A stretch of 51,650 nt of DNA from a phage. The notes beneath the pieces are model-generated. The model was not told where the DNA came from and ran no database searches. It was given only the letters and a program-made list of their open reading frames with translations. The stretch is from assembly GCA_019844455.1 (NCBI GenBank), contig GCA_019844455.1_3938.1. One strand, written 5' to 3'. How positions within the stretch are numbered: position 1 is the first letter of the stretch; each line of letters begins with the position of its first letter. Positions 25,190-33,476 of this stretch are shown piece by piece. The position numbers and the translations under genes are program-made.

Positions 25190-25217
25190 AGTATACTCAC
25201 CAAATTTTCTATGTCAA
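25190..25217 (-). promoter_or_regulatory. candidate sigma70-like promoter (minus strand)
   Basis: Minus strand reads TTGACA-N16-TATACT; would transcribe toward the 24941 gene through a ~240-nt leader. Confidence 0.35.
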
Positions 25218-25372
25218 CAACTTTATATAAAAGTCCTGATAGCTATATGTGTTACAAAACAGAAGACTGTGAACAAGACACCCATTGCAAAGGATGTGTT
25301 CAAAAGTTTACTTGTTATGTAAGACAATACAAAGACAACTAATGCAAACAGAATGATTGTGCTTAACATAGT

Positions 25373-26473
25373 TTACTCATAATCCCTGATAACGAGACCA
25401 ACAGGGAACTGTAAAGACCCCTTACGAGTCATCTTCTGGAACTGAACCGTTAAAGGTTTCCCGATAAACTCTTCAGGATGCTCAGCAAGATACTGTTTCT
25501 TCTCACGAGTAGTCTTCCATGAGACATCTACAAAGACGTTAGGAAGAGTCTCTACAACGAACTTGCCATGACCACGTTTATCGGTCTTTACACCAGTCAC
25601 TTTAAACTCTTCAGTGTGCATCTTCTTATGCTTAATCAAGAAGTATGAACGGTGACAACACTCATAGAAAGATTCTTCAGAGATTGAACGGTACATTGCA
25701 CCTTCAAACTTAGCTTCAACCCACTTATCATGAGCTTCATCAAACTCTTCCCAAGAATTTACACGGATAGTCTGTACAGGAACCACTCTACAGGTATCCC
25801 CAAGCTCAACAATAGGTGAACTATCAATAACTTCACGACGCTCAGGCCAAGATTTTGAATTGTCACAGATATCATACCAGTAGAATTTAAGAAGGTGACG
25901 GTCTGGATTGTCAGCATTCTTAATCATAGATACAATATCTTCTAAGTCCCAACCATGAGCATAAATCTCACCATCAAAGTCTTCAACTTGTGGATGTAAT
26001 TTAAGCAACAAAAGCAAATCTGGGATTAGTTCTGTTGGAACGTTGTAAACAGTATTCTCACGAGAATAAGCCGTGAAACTAACTGAATCAGCATCTCTTG
26101 AAATTCTACAACGGACACCATCAAGTTTTGGTTGAGCATCAGCAGGGAACTTCAAATACTTTGCATGACTAACCTTTGCAGCATCATGAGCAAGCTGTAC
26201 ACCTACCTTCTCAGTATTCTGTGCAGACTCTTTTGTGTAAGCATAACCTTTACGGTCAACTTGCTTTTTATACTTAGCAGCAACTTCAAAGAGAGCTTGC
26301 TGTTCAGCATTACGCTCATTCTTTTTACCGATGTTTTTAGGTTCTGCTGTATACTCTTCAAACATCATCTTGCCATTTTCTTTACCGTAGGTTGTAATAA
26401 CTTTGTCACCTACAGCAACACATGACCAAACGTTGAAGGAACCATCTTTATTTTGTTTGTACAGAATTGTCAT
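25373..26473 (-). CDS. ATP-dependent DNA ligase
   Basis: Motif I KLDGVR (PKLDGVRC); size ~366 aa typical of small phage ATP ligases; RBS GAGG before second ATG (MTILYK). Confidence 0.75.
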   Translation of the reverse strand: MTILYKQNKDGSFNVWSCVAVGDKVITTYGKENGKMMFEEYTAEPKNIGKKNERNAEQQALFEVAAKYKKQVDRKGYAYTKESAQNTEKVGVQLAHDAAKVSHAKYLKFPADAQPKLDGVRCRISRDADSVSFTAYSRENTVYNVPTELIPDLLLLLKLHPQVEDFDGEIYAHGWDLEDIVSMIKNADNPDRHLLKFYWYDICDNSKSWPERREVIDSSPIVELGDTCRVVPVQTIRVNSWEEFDEAHDKWVEAKFEGAMYRSISEESFYECCHRSYFLIKHKKMHTEEFKVTGVKTDKRGHGKFVVETLPNVFVDVSWKTTREKKQYLAEHPEEFIGKPLTVQFQKMTRKGSLQFPVGLVIRDYE

Positions 26474-26666
26474 TTTTAACCTCTGAGTGATACCAAGTAT
26501 TGCAAGCATTACATGCGTAAAGCTCTAAGTCATTTTTATCTGGTTTATGGAAACAGTTTGACCCACAACGACACCGGAATAGCTTACCATCAACACGAAG
26601 AATAAATGTTTCAAGCTCACCATCTTCTGTAAGAACTGCGTTCTTAAATTTATCTTCTACAGTCAT
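26448..26666 (-). CDS. small zinc-ribbon protein
   Basis: 72 aa with CRCGSNC ... CNACN cysteine clusters. Confidence 0.45.
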   Translation of the reverse strand: MTVEDKFKNAVLTEDGELETFILRVDGKLFRCRCGSNCFHKPDKNDLELYACNACNTWYHSEVKNDNSVQTK

Positions 26667-26869
26667 TTTCTCTTACCACCAATCTCTACGTCGATAACTT
26701 GAACATCGCCAGCAACATCAAACTTATGAATGATGCTTTCCACAGTGTAAGTCCAACCATCAATGCGAACCAACTCACCTTCTCGTGGGACGATTGGATT
26801 ACGTTGAGCTACGGTTGTAGTGGAGTGAACAACATCATAACGATAGGTATAGTTTACTAGGACTTCCAT
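26663..26869 (-). CDS. hypothetical small protein
   Basis: ORF 26663..26968 trimmed to internal ATG (MEVLVNY) to avoid 89-nt overlap with lipoprotein gene; start uncertain. Confidence 0.35.
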   Translation of the reverse strand: MEVLVNYTYRYDVVHSTTTVAQRNPIVPREGELVRIDGWTYTVESIIHKFDVAGDVQVIDVEIGGKRK

Positions 26870-26879
26870 CGTGAAAACC

Positions 26880-27137
26880 TCACTCAATAACCGTAGTATG
26901 TGATTGTCCATTTTTGCCATAGCTGTAAGATGTTGTTGTTTGAGAGTTTGGACATCTGACAACAACAATATCCCTGCTTATAGCGTCACCATTGAGTTTG
27001 TAGATTTTGCAGTCTTGCATCTCTGGAGGTAGGCTGTAAGAAGCATCTTTGTTTTCATAAGAAGGGTTGCAGCCAGCCAGAAAAATTACTCCAAGTGCAA
27101 CCATTACTTTCACACAACTCTTAATCTTATTGTTCAC
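26880..27137 (-). CDS. putative lipoprotein
   Basis: GTG start; signal peptide with lipobox FLAGC (MNNKIKSCVKVMVALGVIFLAGC). Confidence 0.55.
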   Translation of the reverse strand: MNNKIKSCVKVMVALGVIFLAGCNPSYENKDASYSLPPEMQDCKIYKLNGDAISRDIVVVRCPNSQTTTSYSYGKNGQSHTTVIE

Positions 27138-27273
27138 GATAGTCTACCTCTCTGTATGTTTTTAAATAGTGGGTGATGAGTTCTGGTAATTCACTACGTT
27201 TAACGTTTGAACGAAGAAGTGTCCAGTCAAAACCTTTACCAACCCTTCCCCAGAGACTGTACAGTTTCTTCAT
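27127..27273 (-). CDS. candidate small basic protein (46 aa), not in ORF track
   Basis: ATG at 27273 forms ATGA overlap with stop of upstream 77-aa gene; MKKLYSLWGRVGKGFDW...; below 60-aa cutoff. Confidence 0.3.
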   Translation of the reverse strand: MKKLYSLWGRVGKGFDWTLLRSNVKRSELPELITHYLKTYREVDYREQ

Positions 27274-27503
27274 ATCAACTCCAGAATATCAATACGTTCA
27301 CCCTTAAGGACTCCTGTACGGTCTCTTGCAATCTTACCGTCAACGATAAGGATATGCGCGACCTTTAAAGCCTCACGATTAAAACCTTTTAAGAACTTGC
27401 TAGGCATCACGACAATGGACATCTCCTGAATCAACTCTGGAGTATAGCAATTGTCATGAAGTTGCTGAATAACGTCTGCAAGTGTCATTTTTGGTGTCTC
27501 CAA
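27270..27503 (-). CDS. hypothetical small protein
   Basis: 77-aa ORF in compact co-directional cassette. Confidence 0.45.
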   Translation of the reverse strand: METPKMTLADVIQQLHDNCYTPELIQEMSIVVMPSKFLKGFNREALKVAHILIVDGKIARDRTGVLKGERIDILELI

Positions 27504-27694
27504 TACTCAATGTCAATAAGTTCTTGTGCAATGCTTTTCAGATTACCTTTCAAGAAAACCTTCTCAGAACCTGAAAGAGATGAATTGTCAATTAACCTGT
27601 TCATTCTCTCAAACAACTTCTGCTTACGGTTCTTGATAGTTTCCTTTGAAGCACCTTTCATCATTGCTGCATGGGTTCTTCCACGGTGACTCAT
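27485..27694 (-). CDS. hypothetical small basic protein
   Basis: 69-aa ORF, Lys/Arg-rich. Confidence 0.4.
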   Translation of the reverse strand: MSHRGRTHAAMMKGASKETIKNRKQKLFERMNRLIDNSSLSGSEKVFLKGNLKSIAQELIDIEYWRHQK

Positions 27695-27745
27695 AAGCCC
27701 TCCTATACAAGATGTAGTATAAGGTACTCTTCCCTGAGCACCTTG

Positions 27746-28297
27746 TCAACTTAGTTTTGCAAACTCTCCGTGGAGTTTCATAGCAGCTTCACAGTAAGCT
27801 TTATGGGCTTCTTCTGGTGTGTCAAACATACCAAGATGATAGTTTTTACCTTGTAAACGTATCATTGCTCGAAACCTTTTACTTATCTTCTGTACACCTT
27901 TTGGCAACCCAGATGGGGACTCTCTTGACCGATTGCAAGAGTTTTGTGAAGCTGTACAAACCCTTAAATTCAAGTACCTATTGTCCCAACCGTCCCCATT
28001 CTTATGGTCAACCTGTAAGGTTTTATCAGGTAGATATCCATCCATATACAAGATAACTAAACGATTTGCTTGGTAACCCCTTCCATCAATCAGCAACTGA
28101 ACTGACTTGTGTCCATCAGTATTTGTTCTGTAGTTTCCAGCCCTCTTACCTCCAAATCTAGAGTTAAAGTTTGCATTACCTTCTCTAAACTTCCAAGTAA
28201 AGACCCCTGTTTCGGGGTCGTAGTCCAATAGCTCCTTAAGACGAATTTCTGTAATCATTTCAACACCATCAATGTACTTCCAACCAGCTCTTACCAA
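27746..28297 (-). CDS. HNH homing endonuclease with C-terminal AP2 DNA-binding domain
   Basis: HNH core VDHKNGDGWDNRYLNLRVCTASQN; AP2-like KRFRAMIRLQGKNYHLGMFDTPEEAHKAYCEAA; immediately downstream of DNA polymerase; start may be ATG at 28258. Confidence 0.8.
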   Translation of the reverse strand: MVRAGWKYIDGVEMITEIRLKELLDYDPETGVFTWKFREGNANFNSRFGGKRAGNYRTNTDGHKSVQLLIDGRGYQANRLVILYMDGYLPDKTLQVDHKNGDGWDNRYLNLRVCTASQNSCNRSRESPSGLPKGVQKISKRFRAMIRLQGKNYHLGMFDTPEEAHKAYCEAAMKLHGEFAKLS

Positions 28298-30968
28298 CCT
28301 TACCTGTGCCAGTTACAAGCGTCTCACTCTTCAAACCTAAATTCTTAGATGCCTGACCATACATCCAGTCAGTTATGGCTTTAACTTCTTGAGTCATACT
28401 TTCTGGGCATTCCCAACTGTTTTCATCGTGGTATGCCAGCAAAAGCCTAGCACCAATTGCTGGTTTTCGTCCATTTAATTTTGTCAATCCTTCTTCACAT
28501 GCTCTTCTACAAGCAAGGTTAATTGCCTCATTTTGAATCTGAGCCTCTGAACCCATGAGCAAATAATTCAATAACTTATGTGGAGATTTACACCACAACC
28601 AAGCTCCAGCAACCTTTACAAAACCCCCTTTAGAGATTGCAGCAGTCTTACCAAACACCTCTTCAAGTGCCTTTTTAGTCGCTTTGTAGTCAGCTTCCAA
28701 GTTATCTAATAGTTTCTTAATCTTTGGCAAACGCACAAAGTAAGTCTGTTTAGTTAATGCACCTTCCTGAGTAGTGGCCGCCTTAATAGTTTTAGCAAAC
28801 TTCTCATCACCTGCACCGAACAGCAGTGCATAGATACCATTCTTAGCTTTCTTACGACCTTTGCTAATCTCATGAAGAAGATTCTCATCCTGAGTAGCTC
28901 GACAAGTCAAGATATCCTGCTCATCATTCAAGCTAAAGTAAATACTGTTCAGTGTATGTGCATCAGTCCCTGAATAGACAACGTACAGGTCATTCTCAGA
29001 GTCATAGCGAAGGTACTTATCAACCTCTGGGTTTAGGTACTCATCAAAATGTTTGCAGTAATAGCGTCCATCTTCTTGACGAATAAACTCAATCTCTTCT
29101 TTACCTTGCGTTACCGCTTTGGTGAAGTCTTTGTCACCCATAAAGTTACAAAGGAGAACTAGCTGGGCTGAGTTCATGTCTACAGAGACAACATTAGTAC
29201 CTTCTTCACAAATCCACACTGCCCTCATTGGTTCCCCATAGACAGCCGCACCAGACGGTACGTTTACAATACCATATTGTGTCATACGTCCAGTTGAAGT
29301 ACCAAATACCATTGCACCAGCACTAAGGCGACCATCTGGACGAATCTGGTTTAGCCAACCTTTTTCATCATCCTTTGAGTTCTCAATGGTTCTGCGTCGG
29401 TGCATCAAAGTATAGTATTTAGCAATCTTCTGTCCAAGCTCACCTTCAATCGTATCATAAGAAGATTCAGTAAGTTTTGGTGAAGTACGGATTAAGCAAG
29501 GTTCAAGCAAATCCGTGTACTTCTTCACAGACCAGTTATGTTCGATGTACTGGACACCTTCGTGTTCAACATAACTCAACCCACACCGTTCAACCATCTC
29601 CTGCCACTTAGGATGCTTTGTAATCATCTTTTTGTTGTCTTTGAAACGACAAACTTTGACAGGGCGACCGTCTGAATCTTTCTTGTAGTTCCAGTCATCT
29701 GGAATCCAACCAACTGATTTCAAGTAGTCTTTAACAACTGCTACCTGAGTCATACGAGAAACTTCAAACTCAATTGGTGTATATGGTGCATCAATCAATC
29801 CTGTGTAGCGACTTGACTCAAGCTCAAAGTGGTTAACAACATGACTGTTATAGTACTTCACAGTTTTAACTGTTTTTACTGGCTTCCAGTCTTTGCATTT
29901 CTTACCAATCTTTGCATTCAACTCATTGCAAATTGCACGAGCATCCTTCATTGCTACAAAACCCTCCTTGTACTCTTCACCAGTTACAGAGTTGGTTGGT
30001 GTATAGCAATTTCTCTTTTCAATGTTAAAAATCTTTGTAGTTGGCTTACCAAATGGCTTGATTTCATATGTCTGCATCTCACCGTTACGTACCTGCTGAC
30101 GATACTTTGTCTTAGGGTACTTGGTAATTCTCTTCAGTCCATCTGCGTGACCAAATGCTTCAACATACTCATTCCAAGCTTTTGCAAACTCTTCTCCAGT
30201 GACTTTACCTTTGGTCTTAATAGTTGGAGGAAGATGTGGTTCAACTTCTGAAGCAAGCTCATTAGTCAACTTGTCAAGTTCCTTTACATGGAACTCCATA
30301 AGCTCTTTATCAGCTTTCCAACCATTGATAGCTTGTTGACTCATCCAGAAAGATGTTTCTTTAGCTCGCATATAGGTTTCATAAGTGTCTATGCCACACT
30401 TCTTTAGCTTGAGATACTCATTATCCAGTGCGCGTTTAGTTTTGGCGTTAATACGGATATCTTCCACAACACGAGTGAAGATTTCTGCATTCCACACACC
30501 CCAATGTTCAATCTCTGGTTTACGGACACCAACACGAGCACCCCATGCAGCCAAGCCATGAGCACCTTTATAGCCTTTTGGAGTTGGTCTATCCATCCAC
30601 TGAACACGAGACTGGATAAGAGAATCCTGAAAGAAATTACTCCACGGCTTACACTTTGGATTATCAAAGTTCCATAAATCAGGTGCAATGTGATTGAAAA
30701 CCCACCAGTCATAACCCAGACCATTATGGATGCAAAGTCGTTTTGCCTTTAACGCAAACTCAATACCTTCACGCAAACCACCCTTGATGTACTTGGTGTA
30801 TTTGTGACCGAGGATAGGCTCATCTGTAAAGACCCATACAGGTGGCTCTTCATCGTCAGATTTATAGTCTGCGAAAGCCATTACGTGCACTTTAGTGAAC
30901 TCAAGGAGTAAACCATCAGTTTCTGTATCACCAACTAAATGTAAGTTTTTAAAATCTACGTTTTCCAT
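28269..30968 (-). CDS. DNA polymerase, family A (Pol I-like) with 3'-5' exonuclease domain
   Basis: Exo I motif VGDTETDGL; motif B-like KKAKNGIYALLFGAG; motif C LLAYHDENSWE; RBS GAGGGAG before ATG at 30968 (MENVDF). Confidence 0.85.
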   Translation of the reverse strand: MENVDFKNLHLVGDTETDGLLLEFTKVHVMAFADYKSDDEEPPVWVFTDEPILGHKYTKYIKGGLREGIEFALKAKRLCIHNGLGYDWWVFNHIAPDLWNFDNPKCKPWSNFFQDSLIQSRVQWMDRPTPKGYKGAHGLAAWGARVGVRKPEIEHWGVWNAEIFTRVVEDIRINAKTKRALDNEYLKLKKCGIDTYETYMRAKETSFWMSQQAINGWKADKELMEFHVKELDKLTNELASEVEPHLPPTIKTKGKVTGEEFAKAWNEYVEAFGHADGLKRITKYPKTKYRQQVRNGEMQTYEIKPFGKPTTKIFNIEKRNCYTPTNSVTGEEYKEGFVAMKDARAICNELNAKIGKKCKDWKPVKTVKTVKYYNSHVVNHFELESSRYTGLIDAPYTPIEFEVSRMTQVAVVKDYLKSVGWIPDDWNYKKDSDGRPVKVCRFKDNKKMITKHPKWQEMVERCGLSYVEHEGVQYIEHNWSVKKYTDLLEPCLIRTSPKLTESSYDTIEGELGQKIAKYYTLMHRRRTIENSKDDEKGWLNQIRPDGRLSAGAMVFGTSTGRMTQYGIVNVPSGAAVYGEPMRAVWICEEGTNVVSVDMNSAQLVLLCNFMGDKDFTKAVTQGKEEIEFIRQEDGRYYCKHFDEYLNPEVDKYLRYDSENDLYVVYSGTDAHTLNSIYFSLNDEQDILTCRATQDENLLHEISKGRKKAKNGIYALLFGAGDEKFAKTIKAATTQEGALTKQTYFVRLPKIKKLLDNLEADYKATKKALEEVFGKTAAISKGGFVKVAGAWLWCKSPHKLLNYLLMGSEAQIQNEAINLACRRACEEGLTKLNGRKPAIGARLLLAYHDENSWECPESMTQEVKAITDWMYGQASKNLGLKSETLVTGTGKVGKSWLEVH

Positions 30969-31028
30969 TTTTACTCCCTCTAAAATCATTAACCTCATAC
31001 ATTACTGCAAAAAATTATAAAAAGCAAG

Positions 31029-31058
31029 TTGACAATGTACTTGACAAGGTGTTAATCT
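31029..31058 (+). promoter_or_regulatory. weak candidate promoter in divergent control region
   Basis: TTGACA-N18-TAATCT; tandem TTGACA hexamers at 31029 and 31041. Confidence 0.25.
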
Positions 31059-31164
31059 TTGCGAAGTGGGTTTTTACTTAAAAGGTTACTTAACAGTTTA
31101 ACTATACAGATACTTTAAAACTCTTAAAAGATTATTTAATAGCTTTTAAAAAGCTTTAAAGTAT

Positions 31165-31181
31165 AACGTATAGAATACGTT
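31165..31181. repeat. perfect 7-bp inverted repeat AACGTAT-AGA-ATACGTT (operator-like)
   Basis: Palindrome 45 bp upstream of first plus-strand gene; overlaps TAGAAT hexamer. Confidence 0.6.
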
Positions 31182-31225
31182 AAGATAAAAGATTAAAACT
31201 TAATAGTTACTTAAAAGAGGCTTAC

Positions 31226-31648
31226 ATGCAGAAAATGTTTGTTCACCCAGACATAGCTGACTTTGTTAGAGCTTTGCAGAAGTTGGAAGAACTTGACATT
31301 GCTGCTCAACGGGAATATGCTCACCATCACAGGAGAATGGTTGATATACAACATGAAATAGAGTTGTCTGAAAACTATGAAGATGACTTAAAATGCTCTG
31401 TATTTGAGCATATGAAAGATGTTGCTACAGCGAGACGTAAAGCTAAAGACACAGTTGCTTTACTAGATTCTCTTAAAAAGAGGTTGCAAAGTGGTACAGA
31501 CCTGTGTAATCTAGCGTCACTGATTAATGATGTTGAAACTTCTTGGGATAGACATTACTATCCACGTTCTGAAAAGACACTTGACTTTTCTTCATCCGAA
31601 AACTTAAAATGTTCTAGAAAGAAACTTAACCAACTGAGAGAGAAATAA
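31226..31648 (+). CDS. hypothetical early protein
   Basis: 140-aa ORF, RBS AAGAGG; first gene after divergent control region. Confidence 0.5.
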   Translation: MQKMFVHPDIADFVRALQKLEELDIAAQREYAHHHRRMVDIQHEIELSENYEDDLKCSVFEHMKDVATARRKAKDTVALLDSLKKRLQSGTDLCNLASLINDVETSWDRHYYPRSEKTLDFSSSENLKCSRKKLNQLREK

Positions 31649-31649
31649 T

Positions 31650-32462
31650 ATGAATACTACTGTAGACCAGATGCTTGAAGAAAAAGGTATTGACGAAGCT
31701 TTCTTAATCAATGCCGTAGAAAGCATGGCTATGATTCTTCGTGGAAACAACTACACAGAACAGTTTATGCCTGCAAGCTATAACCTGCCTAAAGACAAGT
31801 CTGATAACGGTGCTTTTGCAGAACAGGTTAATATGATGCTGTGTGACAAAACACTTGCTTTAGCATCTATTGTTGTAGGTGTTGATGCTCTTGCAGAGTT
31901 CATTTTTTATGAGATGCAGAAAAATGACTATATTGCCATGACCTCTGAAGAAAAAGACTCGCTATTGCTCTTAGATAATAATGAGCTAGTTGACCTGTTA
32001 ATTTCGTCAACGAGTGCTGTTATGGCTGCTCTTGAGAAGCGCATGGAAGAGAAGCTGTCACGATATGAAAAACTTGATTGGGGTGTAGAAGAGTTAAACC
32101 CACGAATCAAAGAGATTATCCAGCAAACTAAAGATTCTTTAGAAGAAGCTGTGAAAGATGATTCTGTAGCTGATGTAGAACCACTACAGGTGAAGGTTGC
32201 TCTGATGATTCCAGCTATTTCTACAATGATGAATATCGTTGCACTAATCCAACTTTCTCAGATGTTGGGAGTAACCATTGAGTTCGTTGAGGAAATGACT
32301 GGCGGTGTGAGTATGCAAGCAATCAATGATGTTTTGGTAAGCATCGGTGCTTCAATCATTGAAGAGAAGCTTCGCATTAACTTCGGTGATGATTTTGTTA
32401 AGCAAATCTCAGCTATGGCTGAAAAAGAACACTCACAGATTAATACTAACCAACTACACTAA
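31650..32462 (+). CDS. hypothetical acidic early protein
   Basis: 270 aa, strongly Glu/Asp-rich; RBS GAGAGAG. Confidence 0.5.
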   Translation: MNTTVDQMLEEKGIDEAFLINAVESMAMILRGNNYTEQFMPASYNLPKDKSDNGAFAEQVNMMLCDKTLALASIVVGVDALAEFIFYEMQKNDYIAMTSEEKDSLLLLDNNELVDLLISSTSAVMAALEKRMEEKLSRYEKLDWGVEELNPRIKEIIQQTKDSLEEAVKDDSVADVEPLQVKVALMIPAISTMMNIVALIQLSQMLGVTIEFVEEMTGGVSMQAINDVLVSIGASIIEEKLRINFGDDFVKQISAMAEKEHSQINTNQLH

Positions 32463-32480
32463 GTCTTTATAAAACTTACA

Positions 32481-32504
32481 AGCCTCCTTAGCTGGGGGCT
32501 TTTT
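32481..32504 (+). terminator. intrinsic terminator
   Basis: AGCCTCC / GGGGGCT stem (one G-U) followed by TTTT. Confidence 0.6.
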
Positions 32505-32523
32505 AGTAATTAAGGGAGATAGA

Positions 32524-33267
32524 ATGAGTAATATTATCGCATTTACTGGAAAGGCACGTTCTGGAAAAGATACCTCATGTTCTATTGTGAAGAACATCTT
32601 AGAGGATGAGTACGGATACAATGTTGCAGTAATGGCCTATGCAGACAACCTTAAACTCTCTGCTTCAAAGATATTTGACCTGACTTGGAATGACCTGTAC
32701 GGTGAAACTAAAGAAACTCCACAGGTTTTTGATTTATCATACCATGAACTGATGTTCAAAGTCACAGAAGCTATGGAGTTTACCTTCAGAGGTGAACGTT
32801 ACCATGATGACTTCAAACTCATGTCAGAGTTGACCGGACGATTAATTATGGAACTAAAGAAGGTCGCTAAACCGACTCTATTGACACGTCTGGGATTTAG
32901 CAAAAAGTATAAATTCTCATCAAGACAAATTCAACAGATTTGGGGTACTGAAGTTATCCGTAAAGTTATGGGTGACAAATTCTGGGCTAAAGACCTAGAA
33001 AAACGAATGGCAAATTTCTTTGACGTTTGCTCACTTAAGAATCAAGACGGTGTTGTTTTAATCAGTGACTTAAGATTTGACTCTGAAGCTGAGTGGCTGA
33101 GCAGATTTGCACACCAAACTATCGAAGTAAAAAGAGACAATGTGGATAAGGTTTCGTCACATGTTTCAGAAAATGGGATTTCTACCAAATATGCGCGTGA
33201 CATTATTCATAATAATGGTACTCTTGCAGACCTTGAAAGCAAGTTAAGAGCTATCCTTAAAATTTAA
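32524..33267 (+). CDS. deoxynucleoside monophosphate kinase (T4 gp1-like)
   Basis: N-terminal P-loop AFTGKARSGKDT and overall resemblance to T4 gp1; RBS AAGGGAG. Confidence 0.7.
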   Translation: MSNIIAFTGKARSGKDTSCSIVKNILEDEYGYNVAVMAYADNLKLSASKIFDLTWNDLYGETKETPQVFDLSYHELMFKVTEAMEFTFRGERYHDDFKLMSELTGRLIMELKKVAKPTLLTRLGFSKKYKFSSRQIQQIWGTEVIRKVMGDKFWAKDLEKRMANFFDVCSLKNQDGVVLISDLRFDSEAEWLSRFAHQTIEVKRDNVDKVSSHVSENGISTKYARDIIHNNGTLADLESKLRAILKI

Positions 33268-33275
33268 AAGAGAGC

Positions 33276-33476
33276 ATGAAGATGAGAGTAAAAGATAATT
33301 TCAAAGTTATTGACCATCGTTTAGTGGAACTCTCATCTCTTTCCAATGAGGTAATGATTGAACGTCTTAAGAGAGTTGAATCACGAAGGAAAGAGATTGC
33401 AGATGAAATCCATGAACTGGACAAGATTGAAAATGGATTGAAGGCAGAACTACAACGAAGAGGTGCTAATGTCTAA
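33276..33476 (+). CDS. hypothetical small coiled-coil protein
   Basis: 66-aa ORF overlapping start of primase-helicase. Confidence 0.35.
   Translation: MKMRVKDNFKVIDHRLVELSSLSNEVMIERLKRVESRRKEIADEIHELDKIENGLKAELQRRGANV

Noticed and set aside
25154-25342. 62-aa Cys-rich plus-strand ORF in the 430-bp non-coding region
   Set aside because: No RBS, GTG start, opposite strand to every neighbouring gene; kept only as a remote possibility to test by Ribo-seq
24942-25372. tRNA gene in the longer intergenic regions (24942-25372, 30969-31225, 35455-35928)
   Set aside because: No cloverleaf-compatible segment with GTTCRA T-loop context found by eye; a tRNA scan would be needed to be certain
28269-30968. 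Intein or intron interrupting DNA polymerase, nrdA or nrdD
   Set aside because: All three ORFs are continuous with lengths in the normal range and motifs in expected order; the homing endonucleases are free-standing, not embedded
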